Of a DNA stretch of 43,248 nucleotides, positions 19,108 through 26,975 are shown in pieces (positions within the stretch are counted from its first letter, which is position 1; each line of letters starts with the position of its first letter). This DNA is from a virus, in IMG/VR virus record IMGVR_UViG_3300045988_178743; one strand, 5' to 3'. A program made the translations under genes and the position numbers. The notes below the pieces were generated by a model. That model did no database searches, was not told the origin of the DNA, and worked only from the letters and a program-made list of their open reading frames with translations.

Positions 19108-19190
19108 TCTTCTACTTTCTCTGGGCGCAAAAAGACCGCTCCTCCAGAGCAAGTCTTTCGCGTCTGAGACGGTATATAATTTTTGAGCAA

Positions 19191-19583
19191 TTATAGAGGA
19201 CGATGCAGAATTTTTTCAAGTCGGTTGCGAATGACCGTGCGTCCACGTGTAAGAAAGTTATCCACGTCACGATAGCGCATGCGTAGTTTGAAATGGCGCC
19301 ATATCAAGGACAGCATATGCTCTCGGGAGACTGGGTATGCATAGAGCGCAGCTATGAGCGCCTTAATGCACCTGTCAGAATGCGTAGTGCACGGCATTCC
19401 TTGCCAGGCACGATTGACTTGAACTGCCTTAGCGATATCAACGGGAGAGTCACTTTCGAAAATGCCGCTCATAGCCCCGGCCTCAGCTATTAGGCGAGCC
19501 ATAGGGGATCTTCCAGGACCTCTGCTTTCTCGACTCCATCTCCCCCAGTTGACTAAATAGTCTTCAAGTTCGTCGTCAGTCAT
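19191..19583 (-). CDS. Putative late-gene antiterminator (Q-like)
   Basis: 130 aa. The N-terminal LVNWGRWSRE resembles the ERWGAWA motif of phage 82-type Q proteins. It sits after RusA and before a terminator. Confidence 0.5.
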   Translation of the reverse strand: MTDDELEDYLVNWGRWSRESRGPGRSPMARLIAEAGAMSGIFESDSPVDIAKAVQVNRAWQGMPCTTHSDRCIKALIAALYAYPVSREHMLSLIWRHFKLRMRYRDVDNFLTRGRTVIRNRLEKILHRPL

Positions 19584-19960
19584 TCTTCCTCCCAGTCAAT
19601 TGCGATCACAATCGTTCCCGGCTTCTTAGGACTCAGCCATACCTGTTCTCGATGGTGGAAAAGACAATCGTCAAATCCAAGTGCATCGGCGATTCCGTCG
19701 TAGAACGACTTGCAACGTTCAACCATGTTCGATTCGTCACGGCGCCGGCGATCGGGAGGTTGAATGATCAGCTGCACGTTCAGCCGAGTTCCGCTCTTGA
19801 GCGTTGCAGGTTGTCCCATGAGCTCCTGTTTAGCTTTGACGAATGCTTCCTGCCGCGCAGCCTTCACTAAAGCTGCTTTTGCCGACCAATGACTCCGGCC
19901 GTTCTGTGAAAGCTTGACTCCCGGCCAAGGAAGGTCTTTGACCAACAGCGTCCTTTTCAT
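19580..19960 (-). CDS. rusA: Holliday junction resolvase RusA-like
   Basis: 126 aa. NGRSHW and RRRRDESNMVERCKSFYDGIADAL match the RusA acidic-residue/Lys pattern. Confidence 0.8.
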   Translation of the reverse strand: MKRTLLVKDLPWPGVKLSQNGRSHWSAKAALVKAARQEAFVKAKQELMGQPATLKSGTRLNVQLIIQPPDRRRRDESNMVERCKSFYDGIADALGFDDCLFHHREQVWLSPKKPGTIVIAIDWEEE

Positions 19961-20238
19961 GAATCCCCCCGAAACTTTCTTCCGTAGTAATCGAGTGCTT
20001 TGAGGCGTTGTTTCTTGACTTCATCTGGCGCCTCGTCGAAGTTCTTGCATTGCCTCGGCGAATCAATGCGCTGCAGCACATTCCAGTCACCCTTTTTGAT
20101 ACGAAGCGAGCAATAGCCTGACTTTTTTGCTAACAGGAAGCCTCCTTGGTCATAAGCCGCTCCAGCAAAGTGAACGCAGCTGAGACACACAACCGGACAC
20201 GTGCCATAGACCTTTAGAGCAGAAAAGAGATCTGTCAT
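19957..20238 (-). CDS. Hypothetical Cys-rich protein
   Basis: 93 aa from MTDLFSALKV. It has ATGA overlaps on both sides. Confidence 0.45.
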   Translation of the reverse strand: MTDLFSALKVYGTCPVVCLSCVHFAGAAYDQGGFLLAKKSGYCSLRIKKGDWNVLQRIDSPRQCKNFDEAPDEVKKQRLKALDYYGRKFRGDS

Positions 20239-21062
20239 TTGGTCCTCAATCGGAAGTCTTCCCAGTCGAACGCAAAGCACTGCCCACCATCAGATAGACG
20301 ACTGATGGCGGCATCTCCAAGAACTGTTCGAAGTGAAGCATTCTGAATATCCTTGCCGACGAGAGGCAGATTTGAGATTGCAATGGTTGGTCGGCACTGC
20401 TTGTAGCGACCGTCGATGATTTCGAAAAGTCGGTCAGCCCCGTGGGAAGAAATGGGGCTGCGACCTATCTCATCGATCACAAGCACATCCAGATCAATGT
20501 AGGCACGGATGAGTTTTGCAGCTTCACCTTTCGCACGTCCGGCATCATCTTTGCCGTACGTCTCATAAATCTCAGAGAGCAACAGGCTACAGTCGACGAT
20601 CTTTGCGACGAAGCCTTTGCGGAGTGCGCCCATAACAATTGCTGTGCCTAGATGTGTTTTGCCAGTGCCAGTCTTACCGACAAAAATGAGCGATTTTCCG
20701 CGGTTAACACTTGTCTCAATGTCTTCCCCCCAGGCTAGAACTGCGCTCTTGACCTCTTCCATCTTGGTGTTGAAGGTCTGCCAGGAAGTCACAGTCATGC
20801 CTTGGAATCGCGGAGGGATTTCAAGTGATAAGTGCTGCGCGAGAAATCTTTGCCGAGAGCACTCTGGACAAGACGAAAAATGGAACGTGCAGGAGTCGTC
20901 GACCCAATACGAACGATACCTACCATGCCGAGAGCACTCATCCCACCGCACCTCGAACCGGGAGTCCGTAGTTGTAGTCGATTTCTGCTGTGTTTCTTGC
21001 GCCGAAGCCCGCATAGCCCTGGCGCGAGCGATCAGATCGGTGATTCCCTGCATAGTGTTCAA
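20235..21062 (-). CDS. DnaC/IstB-like AAA+ helicase loader
   Basis: Walker A GKTGTGKTHL and Walker B VLVIDEIG. The start is uncertain (21062, 21053 or 21014). Confidence 0.8.
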   Translation of the reverse strand: MNTMQGITDLIARARAMRASAQETQQKSTTTTDSRFEVRWDECSRHGRYRSYWVDDSCTFHFSSCPECSRQRFLAQHLSLEIPPRFQGMTVTSWQTFNTKMEEVKSAVLAWGEDIETSVNRGKSLIFVGKTGTGKTHLGTAIVMGALRKGFVAKIVDCSLLLSEIYETYGKDDAGRAKGEAAKLIRAYIDLDVLVIDEIGRSPISSHGADRLFEIIDGRYKQCRPTIAISNLPLVGKDIQNASLRTVLGDAAISRLSDGGQCFAFDWEDFRLRTK

Positions 21063-22011
21063 ATCCTTTCTTTTCTCTGCCGATCCAGCCGAGGAATTGA
21101 GTCTTCCACTGCCGCATGGTCTTGGTTGTTGTGTTGTTTGCGCCTAGCCAGCAACGCATCTTGGTGAAAGTTGCTTGAGCATCAATCTCAGGCCTGAGCT
21201 TCTGAGCGTCGACCCGCCAGTCATCCGGAATGTCTTCTGGAAATCGCACGCGAGGAATTCGCTCTTTGCGCGGTTGCTTCGGTTTAGAACAGGCCTCAGA
21301 TTTGCGTTTTGCGGCGTTCTGATCCTTGGTTGGCGTATCGGTACCAAAAAGCGAATCGGATGTCGTAGCGAAAAGCGCATCGATGTTCTCGATGGGTGTT
21401 TGACCGATAGCCGAGCAAACGACCTCTACGTTCACCTCACTTCCGAGACTTTCGGATGCAACTCGTGCTGCCTCGTTGAAAAGTTCGTCATCAAACGGAG
21501 GGGCTTCGCATGTGTGTGCGTCACTACTCTTTTCTTCTTCTCTATTCAGTTCTCTATTCCTTCTCTCTTCGGGGTTCACTTCTGAACCCGGTCCCGGTTC
21601 ACTTCTGAACCCGGTGGGGGTGCACTTCTGAACCCCCTCCCCGTTCACTTCTGAACCCGGTTCACTTTTGAACCCGGTGCACTTCTGAACCGGGGTCAAT
21701 TCCTTACCGGGTTCAGTTCTGAAAGTGGCAATCTTTGACGGCGGTAAAAGATTTAGATGAACTCGGTAATAGCGCTTCTCTCCGTTCTCCTGACGAAAGC
21801 TCAAAAGGCCCCTGTTCACGAGCTCCTTCAATGCAGCACGAACAACATTGCGCGACTTTCTAGCAATGGTCATGATCGACGTAATCGCCGGATAGCACTC
21901 AGAAGTCAGATCTCGATCGTCTACGAAGACCGCAACCGCTTCCAAAACGTCGGTCAACGTTCCATCTTCGAGGCCGCTTACGCGGACGGAAAAAGAAGCT
22001 TTCCAACCCAT
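20938..22011 (-). CDS. Replication initiator (O-like) with N-terminal winged-helix domain; contains the origin iterons
   Basis: 357 aa. The HTH-like segment is SIMTIARKSRNVVRAALKELVNRGLL. The internal peptide repeats GFKSEPGSEVN/GFRSEPGPGSEVN reflect DNA iterons. Confidence 0.7.
   Translation of the reverse strand: MGWKASFSVRVSGLEDGTLTDVLEAVAVFVDDRDLTSECYPAITSIMTIARKSRNVVRAALKELVNRGLLSFRQENGEKRYYRVHLNLLPPSKIATFRTEPGKELTPVQKCTGFKSEPGSEVNGEGVQKCTPTGFRSEPGPGSEVNPEERRNRELNREEEKSSDAHTCEAPPFDDELFNEAARVASESLGSEVNVEVVCSAIGQTPIENIDALFATTSDSLFGTDTPTKDQNAAKRKSEACSKPKQPRKERIPRVRFPEDIPDDWRVDAQKLRPEIDAQATFTKMRCWLGANNTTTKTMRQWKTQFLGWIGREKKGFEHYAGNHRSDRSRQGYAGFGARNTAEIDYNYGLPVRGAVG
21574..21725. repeat. Origin-type iterons: seven copies of GT(T/G)CA(C/G)TT(C/T)TGAAC
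   Basis: Copies start at 21574, 21597, 21620, 21643, 21660, 21677 and 21711, giving spacings of 23, 23, 23, 17, 17 and 34 bp. Each has GTTCA/TGAAC dyad symmetry. Confidence 0.8.
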
Positions 22012-22020
22012 GAGGGCACC

Positions 22021-22254
22021 TCAGAAGTTGCGAACTTCGACTGATTTCATGACAGGATGATTGCGATATTTCTCCCGAAGAAAGTAAACCCAAGCGGACG
22101 GCATCCCATAGCGGCGCCACTCAGAAACAGTTTGAGGTGTACGGGAGCAAATCGATGCTACGCATGACGTACCTCCCAACTCATCAATGACGATTGATGT
22201 CGATCCGGGAGAGAGCCTGCGTGACCTTGCGATTTCGATTTTCTTAGTTGCCAT
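22021..22254 (-). CDS. cro: Cro/YdaS-like HTH regulator
   Basis: 77 aa from MATKKIEIAR. The HTH segment is GGTSCVASICSRTPQTVSEWRR. It is divergent from the CI-like gene. An alternative GTG start at 22290 is in the ORF track. Confidence 0.65.
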   Translation of the reverse strand: MATKKIEIARSRRLSPGSTSIVIDELGGTSCVASICSRTPQTVSEWRRYGMPSAWVYFLREKYRNHPVMKSVEVRNF

Positions 22255-22298
22255 AGCCGTTAATTTCGATTTGTCGAACTTTAGTGACACGGCAATTA

Positions 22299-22357
22299 TA
22301 CGGTTTTCCGTACTTTTCGCAAGAACTATCAGGCGTTAGACTATGCGGAAAACCGCA
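22299..22357. promoter_or_regulatory. Candidate operators in the CI/Cro intergenic region
   Basis: TACGGTTTTCCGTA (22299..22312) and TGCGGAAAACCGCA (22344..22357) are each 5-bp dyads. Their cores CGGTTTTCCG and CGGAAAACCG are reverse complements of each other. Confidence 0.55.
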
Positions 22358-22376
22358 ACATTATTGAGATATCTAT

Positions 22377-23081
22377 ATGTCTTCCACTCTTTCAGCAAGG
22401 CTGACCGAAGCGCTAGATGAAGCCAAAGAAAAAGATCCGACCAAATCGAAATCTGGCCTGGCAAAGTTTTGTGGCGTCCGTCCGAGTACCGTAACTGACT
22501 GGTTCAGTGGAAAAACGCGCGGCATCACCGGTGAGACTGGCCCCAAAGCAGCAGAATACTTGTGCGTATCGACACGATGGCTTCTTAGTGGTACAGGAGA
22601 GAAGCACTCGACGTCAGTCGTAGCTTTCGACAATGCTGATGATTTTGATGATGACGATTGGGTTCAGATTCCCGAATTTCAAGCTCGATGTGCCGCAGGC
22701 GACGGTCAAGAAGTGCTCTTCGACGAGATTACTAATTCGACCCCTGCGCCCTACAGACGTTCATGGTTCCAATCTCGACAGATCAACCCTGACAATTGCA
22801 AACGCTTCAAAGTACGCGGCACGTCAATGGAACCATACATTTGGGACGGTGACACTATTTTGGTGGATTGCTCGCCTCAGCCAATTCTCTCCGGGAAAAC
22901 ATATGCCTTCATGTTGAATGGAGAGATGCGAGTCAAAATCCTGCACCCACTGATACGCGGTGGTTACGTTGTTCAATCAGTTAACCCTGACGTACCAGAG
23001 GAAAGACTGACAGATGGAGACCTAGAAACGTTCAGACTAATAGGACGCGTTCGTGATCGCTCCGGTGATGGCATGTTCTAA
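22377..23081 (+). CDS. cI: CI-like repressor (HTH plus S24 LexA-type autopeptidase)
   Basis: 234 aa. N-terminal HTH GLAKFCGVRPSTVTDW. The C-terminal GTSMEP...MRVKIL gives a Ser/Lys dyad pattern. Confidence 0.85.
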   Translation: MSSTLSARLTEALDEAKEKDPTKSKSGLAKFCGVRPSTVTDWFSGKTRGITGETGPKAAEYLCVSTRWLLSGTGEKHSTSVVAFDNADDFDDDDWVQIPEFQARCAAGDGQEVLFDEITNSTPAPYRRSWFQSRQINPDNCKRFKVRGTSMEPYIWDGDTILVDCSPQPILSGKTYAFMLNGEMRVKILHPLIRGGYVVQSVNPDVPEERLTDGDLETFRLIGRVRDRSGDGMF

Positions 23082-23138
23082 CCTTCAATCACTCAGCAGG
23101 GAGTGTGGTAGATCTTTACACTAAGAACTTGTAAACAT

Positions 23139-23432
23139 ATGCCAGATACAACATACTCCATTAAGATAGTTCGCAACATGGAGCATCACATGAATACCTC
23201 TATCACCGCCGACCGCAAGAGTGACGGCTTCTGGCGAGGATTCACGAGCGGGCTCACCGCTCCTTTTTCCGCGTTCGGACATCGTCGAGTCTCTGTTGAT
23301 GTTGATTCTGAGTTATTGACTAACTCATACCGCCCGCCCTCGGAAGACTGCGAGAACATTCGCAAGTACTTTAATAAAGCCTTGGACTATGCCTTCACAG
23401 AAGCCGAAGCTAAAGCGAACGAACACAAGTGA
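23139..23432 (+). CDS. Hypothetical protein
   Basis: 97-aa ORF. No recognised motif, and the start is uncertain. Confidence 0.35.
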   Translation: MPDTTYSIKIVRNMEHHMNTSITADRKSDGFWRGFTSGLTAPFSAFGHRRVSVDVDSELLTNSYRPPSEDCENIRKYFNKALDYAFTEAEAKANEHK

Positions 23433-23868
23433 CGCAGTTCGTGCGGCCACTCCTCCTCCCACATCACTCATCGCCGCGCAAAAGCGAGAAGTATTTGAGG
23501 GACCGCTCCCACATCCTGATATTCTTCAAAAATACGAACAGATAATTCCTGGTATTGCTGAAAGAATTGTTCAAATGGCTGAGCGAGAACAAGATATACG
23601 TGCACAAACCGTAGCCTCAGAAGATGCTCGGAAGGATGCGTTAGTCGCTCTGGCTCAGAATGAAAATGATAGAACTCACCGAGCCTTGAACAAGGGGCAG
23701 AATGTTGGGCTTTTCATTACTGTCGCTTGCGTCATCGCAGCATTTGTAGGAATGCTGATGGACAAAAACCCTTACGTCTGCACCGGTTTTCTGGCAATTC
23801 CGACGGCGTCTTTCATCGCCTCCTTTATGCCTAAGTTATGGAAGCGGAATCGCGATCATAAGTCCTGA
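23389..23868 (+). CDS. DUF2335-like membrane protein
   Basis: PLPHPDILQKYEQIIPGIAERIVQMAEREQ followed by two TM segments matches DUF2335 as I remember it. Confidence 0.6.
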   Translation: MPSQKPKLKRTNTSDAVRAATPPPTSLIAAQKREVFEGPLPHPDILQKYEQIIPGIAERIVQMAEREQDIRAQTVASEDARKDALVALAQNENDRTHRALNKGQNVGLFITVACVIAAFVGMLMDKNPYVCTGFLAIPTASFIASFMPKLWKRNRDHKS

Positions 23869-24039
23869 AAACTTCAACGTTATCGCGTGTAGCGTTAAAT
23901 ATTTGCTTTATTGGCCTCGTTGCTTCTGCTGCGAGGCTTTTTCATTTTGACTTCCGTCAATATTTCGGAATTCCGCAAAATAACCCCTTGCCTATCGATA
24001 CGGATTTCCGTAATATTCAGATAACGGTTAATCGCAACA

Positions 24040-24275
24040 AACCGAATTAAACCGTTATCCCTCGCGTTAGCGGGGCACGCGACAGTGAATAGCTGGAGCG
24101 GCAGACGAAAGGCCATAAGAAGACGCGGAGCCAGTACCTCCGCGTCGAGCGCACAAAAGCGCAAAGGCTTAAGGATGCAGTGTCGACCGGCAGGTCTGAT
24201 GCGGTACGCCGCACCACCTTGCCGGCCGAAAAGGCCAACTACTGCGCCTGCCTCACGGGCGCAGTTGTGGGTCTT
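24040..24275. ncRNA. Candidate structured RNA or regulatory island of unknown class
   Basis: GC-rich non-coding stretch with many perfect hairpins. Examples: GACGCGGAG-N7-CTCCGCGTC (24112..24136), CCGGCAGG...CTTGCCGG enclosing TGCGG-TACG-CCGCA (24178..24215), and CTGCGCC-N8-GGCGCAG (24232..24253). The overlapping ORFs look spurious. Confidence 0.3.
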
Positions 24276-24357
24276 TTCAACTCAACCCATTTTTTGGAAC
24301 CGTAATGCAACCAGAATGTCTGTCTTAATAACTTCCCAGAAGTGGGGGCAGGAATGT

Positions 24358-24408
24358 TTGACAAGTGTCGTAAGATGGTTTAGAAGAAATTCTTTTCATC
24401 TAAACCAT
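24358..24408 (+). promoter_or_regulatory. Candidate promoter and operator of the PanA operon
   Basis: TTGACA at 24358, a 17-nt spacer, then TAGAAG. A perfect 10-bp inverted repeat ATGGTTTAGA-N14-TCTAAACCAT (24375..24408) overlaps the -10 element. Confidence 0.45.
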
Positions 24409-24428
24409 CTTGACAAAGGGAGGCCAAC

Positions 24429-24902
24429 ATGACGAATGAAAATACGACGTTTCGCCCGCTGGATAGCCTCCAGGTGATGGCGTACATCGTTGACATGTGT
24501 CGGAAACAACATATCGAAGTCAACGTGACGAAACTTCAAAAATTGCTCTACTGCTGCTACGGCGTCGCCTTGGCTCAACTCGGCATCAGGCTCACAAAAG
24601 AATCGCCTCAAGCATGGCAGTATGGCCCCGTATTCCCGAAAACTCTTGAGTACTTTCGCAAGCACCCCATTGAGAGCTTAACTGACTCCTCTGTGTTAGA
24701 GTCGACGGCTAGTGATGAGCTCAAAAAGTTGCTTATCGGGACATTGACCTACTTTGGACAATTCTCGGCATCACAGCTTTCTACCTGGTCGCACCAAATC
24801 GGCTCGCCTTGGTATCGCTCTTCAAATGGTGGTGCCAATCTTCGTGAAGAGATTGATGACACCTCCATCAAGTGCTATTTCAGGAACGAGGTTTTGGCGT
24901 GA
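24429..24902 (+). CDS. Panacea/DUF4065 (PanA, SocA/GepA-like) putative antitoxin
   Basis: 157 aa. VTKLQKLLYCCYGVALAQLG...AWQYGPVFPKTLEYF matches the DUF4065 core. An SD (AGGGAGG) lies upstream. Confidence 0.75.
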   Translation: MTNENTTFRPLDSLQVMAYIVDMCRKQHIEVNVTKLQKLLYCCYGVALAQLGIRLTKESPQAWQYGPVFPKTLEYFRKHPIESLTDSSVLESTASDELKKLLIGTLTYFGQFSASQLSTWSHQIGSPWYRSSNGGANLREEIDDTSIKCYFRNEVLA

Positions 24903-25219
24903 GCTTCCCAAAATTCAAAGAAAGCCTCAAGCCTCAAATTGACTCCAAGTCCGAGGTGACACCCGACACCGACCTCCTGCTGATTCAGGTTGCACATCAG
25001 AAAGACGAAGAGAACAATCGGCACAAGATCAAGATCTACGCCTTGCGCCTCTTTGCTGGTCTCGGCGGAACGATGATCATTGTGTACATCTACCATCTGC
25101 TCATGCCTTCTTGGGCTCGATGGCTTTCGCCTTCCGAGATGGCTGCAATCAAAGATCTCGCGCTTTCGATCATGACTGGCGTATCCGTGAGTTTGGCGAT
25201 CAAGTTCACTACGAAATAG
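24872..25219 (+). CDS. Small two-TM membrane protein, candidate toxin partner of PanA
   Basis: TM segments are LRLFAGLGGTMIIVYIYHLLM and LALSIMTGVSVSLAI. An alternative GTG start at 24899 overlaps the PanA stop (GTGA). Confidence 0.5.
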   Translation: MLFQERGFGVSFPKFKESLKPQIDSKSEVTPDTDLLLIQVAHQKDEENNRHKIKIYALRLFAGLGGTMIIVYIYHLLMPSWARWLSPSEMAAIKDLALSIMTGVSVSLAIKFTTK

Positions 25220-25240
25220 CATCACTCCACATCACCTCAA

Positions 25241-25275
25241 AGGCCTCGGCACTCCCCTGCCGGGGCTTTGTTTTT
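25241..25275 (+). terminator. Rho-independent terminator
   Basis: AGGCCTCGGCA-CTCCCC-TGCCGGGGCTT stem-loop followed by TGTTTTT. Confidence 0.75.
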
Positions 25276-25378
25276 GACATGTGCATCCAGATCGAGTACT
25301 CTTCCCCTGTCAGCGCGAAAGCGGCGCTGATCGGGCCGCAATAGCGGCTTTTTTCGTATTTGCCTCTAGGGGAATGAA

Positions 25379-25810
25379 ATGAAGCGAGATCTTAAGACCC
25401 TCGTGACGCTGCTTGAAAGAATCGAAGACGATAACCTTGAGCAATTCATTGATCACCCCCTTGGAGAAGACATTGACGAGCGCAAACTTGGGAAGCTCAT
25501 CTCCAACAAGCGGCGAATCTTACTTGGTCACCTCCTTCTGCTTAAGGAGGCTGGGTACACGGGACACTTGACTGTTACGGTCAACGAGGGTGAGGACGGC
25601 CTAGAGCTTTGTTGTTCGATCCCCCGCCTAACCATGAAGGGACACGACTTGCTTGCAATGCTTCGTTCAAAAACTCTTTATCAGCGAATGAAAGAGATTC
25701 TTGATGGCACCGGTCTGCCCCTTACATCGGATACGCTGGACTTGATTCAACATGAGGCCTCTGACGAGTTGATTCGAGAGTGGGCATCTAAGAAAAAACT
25801 CCAATCTTGA
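25379..25810 (+). CDS. DUF2513-like (winged-helix) hypothetical protein
   Basis: 143 aa. The MKRDLKTLVTLLERIED start is typical of DUF2513. Confidence 0.55.
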   Translation: MKRDLKTLVTLLERIEDDNLEQFIDHPLGEDIDERKLGKLISNKRRILLGHLLLLKEAGYTGHLTVTVNEGEDGLELCCSIPRLTMKGHDLLAMLRSKTLYQRMKEILDGTGLPLTSDTLDLIQHEASDELIREWASKKKLQS

Positions 25811-25815
25811 TCACA

Positions 25816-25845
25816 TTGACGAAAGCGCCTTGGTTCGGGTAACAT
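25816..25845 (+). promoter_or_regulatory. Candidate sigma70 promoter
   Basis: TTGACG, an 18-nt spacer, then TAACAT. Confidence 0.45.
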
Positions 25846-25851
25846 CCTGCG

Positions 25852-25942
25852 CAATGCTTCACATGAAGCAGGACGGGATTGGCGTCCCGAACTACTCATA
25901 CGGTGCATAGCCGCCTTGAAGCTCACAAAAGCGGCTTTTTTG
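25852..25942 (+). ncRNA. Candidate ~90-nt sRNA or terminated leader upstream of the Bro-N gene
   Basis: It lies downstream of the candidate promoter. Hairpins are GCTTC-ACAT-GAAGC, GGACG-N7-CGTCC and the terminator AGCCGC-N16-GCGGCT plus TTTTTT. Confidence 0.4.
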
Positions 25943-26120
25943 TTGTCTATGCGAAGGGTGTAAGCCATCCTTACACCCTTGCAAGCCTCCTATTATGGGC
26001 AGGCTTGTGGGCTCCTTCGGGAGGCCGCTTCCGTATGAGTGGTACGCCAACCTGCAAGCCTGCCCACCATCGATTGGCGTCGATGAGGGCAGATCAAAGT
26101 CTGTTCATACGGAGGCATCC

Positions 26121-26975
26121 ATGTCTGATGTCATCGCCTTCTCTTTTGAGAACAACAAAGTTCGCACTCTTGGTACGCCAGAGACTCCTCTTTTTATCGC
26201 AGCCGATGTCTGCGCGGCTTTGAAACATAGCAATCCTCGTCAAGCTCTTCGCGACAACGTCGACCCCGAAGATCAAATCAAGGTCGAAATCGAAACCAAT
26301 GGCGGGCGCCAGACGGTCAACGCCGTCAATGAGTCTGGTCTCTACGCCCTGATCTTCGGATCAAAGCTCGATACTGCCAAGCGCTTCAAGCGCTGGGTCA
26401 CGTCCGAAGTCCTGCCGACTATTCGCCGCACGGGACGATACGAAGCACCGAAGCCTGAGTACATCACGGTTGAGCACCGCTGGGCGATTCAAAAAGCCGT
26501 CGGCCGAAAAGCGCGCGGGCAGTCGGTCAACTATCAGACTGTCTATCGCGCTCTGAAAGATCACTTCAAGGTTGAGAAGTACACGCACATTCTTGAGGCC
26601 GACTTTGATGCAGCAATCGCCTTCATTGAGTCGTTACCGCCGATGCAGTTGCCACCGTTGAACGCCCCCGCACCGAGACAGTTGTCTGCCGCACCTCAGA
26701 AGGAACCAAGAAAGTTCCTCGTCGATGAGAAGTACCTGGAGCGTCAGCGTACGTTCATCTACAACTGGAGGTATCTCTACAAAGATAGCCTTGAGCTCAT
26801 ACTAGAGCTTCTCTATCGCATGCAGTCTCCGCTCGCGCCCGCTCTTTGGGAAGCGATTCACGACATGTACTTATGGAAAGCAGAGCGCGATTTAGCAAAG
26901 CTCGGCTACGACGTGAAGGAGCTTGACTGCTACAAGTCCTGGGCTTCGCACCAGCCCAAGCGCCTAACAGCGTAA
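26121..26975 (+). CDS. Bro-N domain antirepressor-like protein
   Basis: The start is trimmed to MSDVIAFSFENNKVRTLG. The motif ESGLYALIFGSKLDTAKRFKRWVTSEVLPTIRRTGRY is the Bro-N signature. Confidence 0.8.
   Translation: MSDVIAFSFENNKVRTLGTPETPLFIAADVCAALKHSNPRQALRDNVDPEDQIKVEIETNGGRQTVNAVNESGLYALIFGSKLDTAKRFKRWVTSEVLPTIRRTGRYEAPKPEYITVEHRWAIQKAVGRKARGQSVNYQTVYRALKDHFKVEKYTHILEADFDAAIAFIESLPPMQLPPLNAPAPRQLSAAPQKEPRKFLVDEKYLERQRTFIYNWRYLYKDSLELILELLYRMQSPLAPALWEAIHDMYLWKAERDLAKLGYDVKELDCYKSWASHQPKRLTA

Noticed and set aside
20938-21062. 125-nt overlap of the initiator and DnaC-like ORFs as a sign of frameshift or pseudogenisation
   Set aside because: Both ORFs are otherwise intact with expected motifs. 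The overlap shrinks to 77 nt with the internal start at 21014. It cannot be resolved without homologues, so I treat it as start-site uncertainty.
21574-21725. CRISPR-like array
   Set aside because: The repeats are only 14 bp, with 3-20 bp between them. They lie inside a continuous ORF and no cas genes are present. They fit origin iterons.
24085-24432. 115-aa ORF across the hairpin-rich island
   Set aside because: It has an Arg/Ala/Pro-rich junk-like composition and no RBS. It runs through multiple perfect stems into the PanA promoter region.
25879-26120. N-terminal extension of the Bro-N ORF (25995 start) and ORF 25879..26223
   Set aside because: The Bro-N homology starts at MSDVIAFSF (26121). 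The upstream stretch is structured leader containing a terminator.
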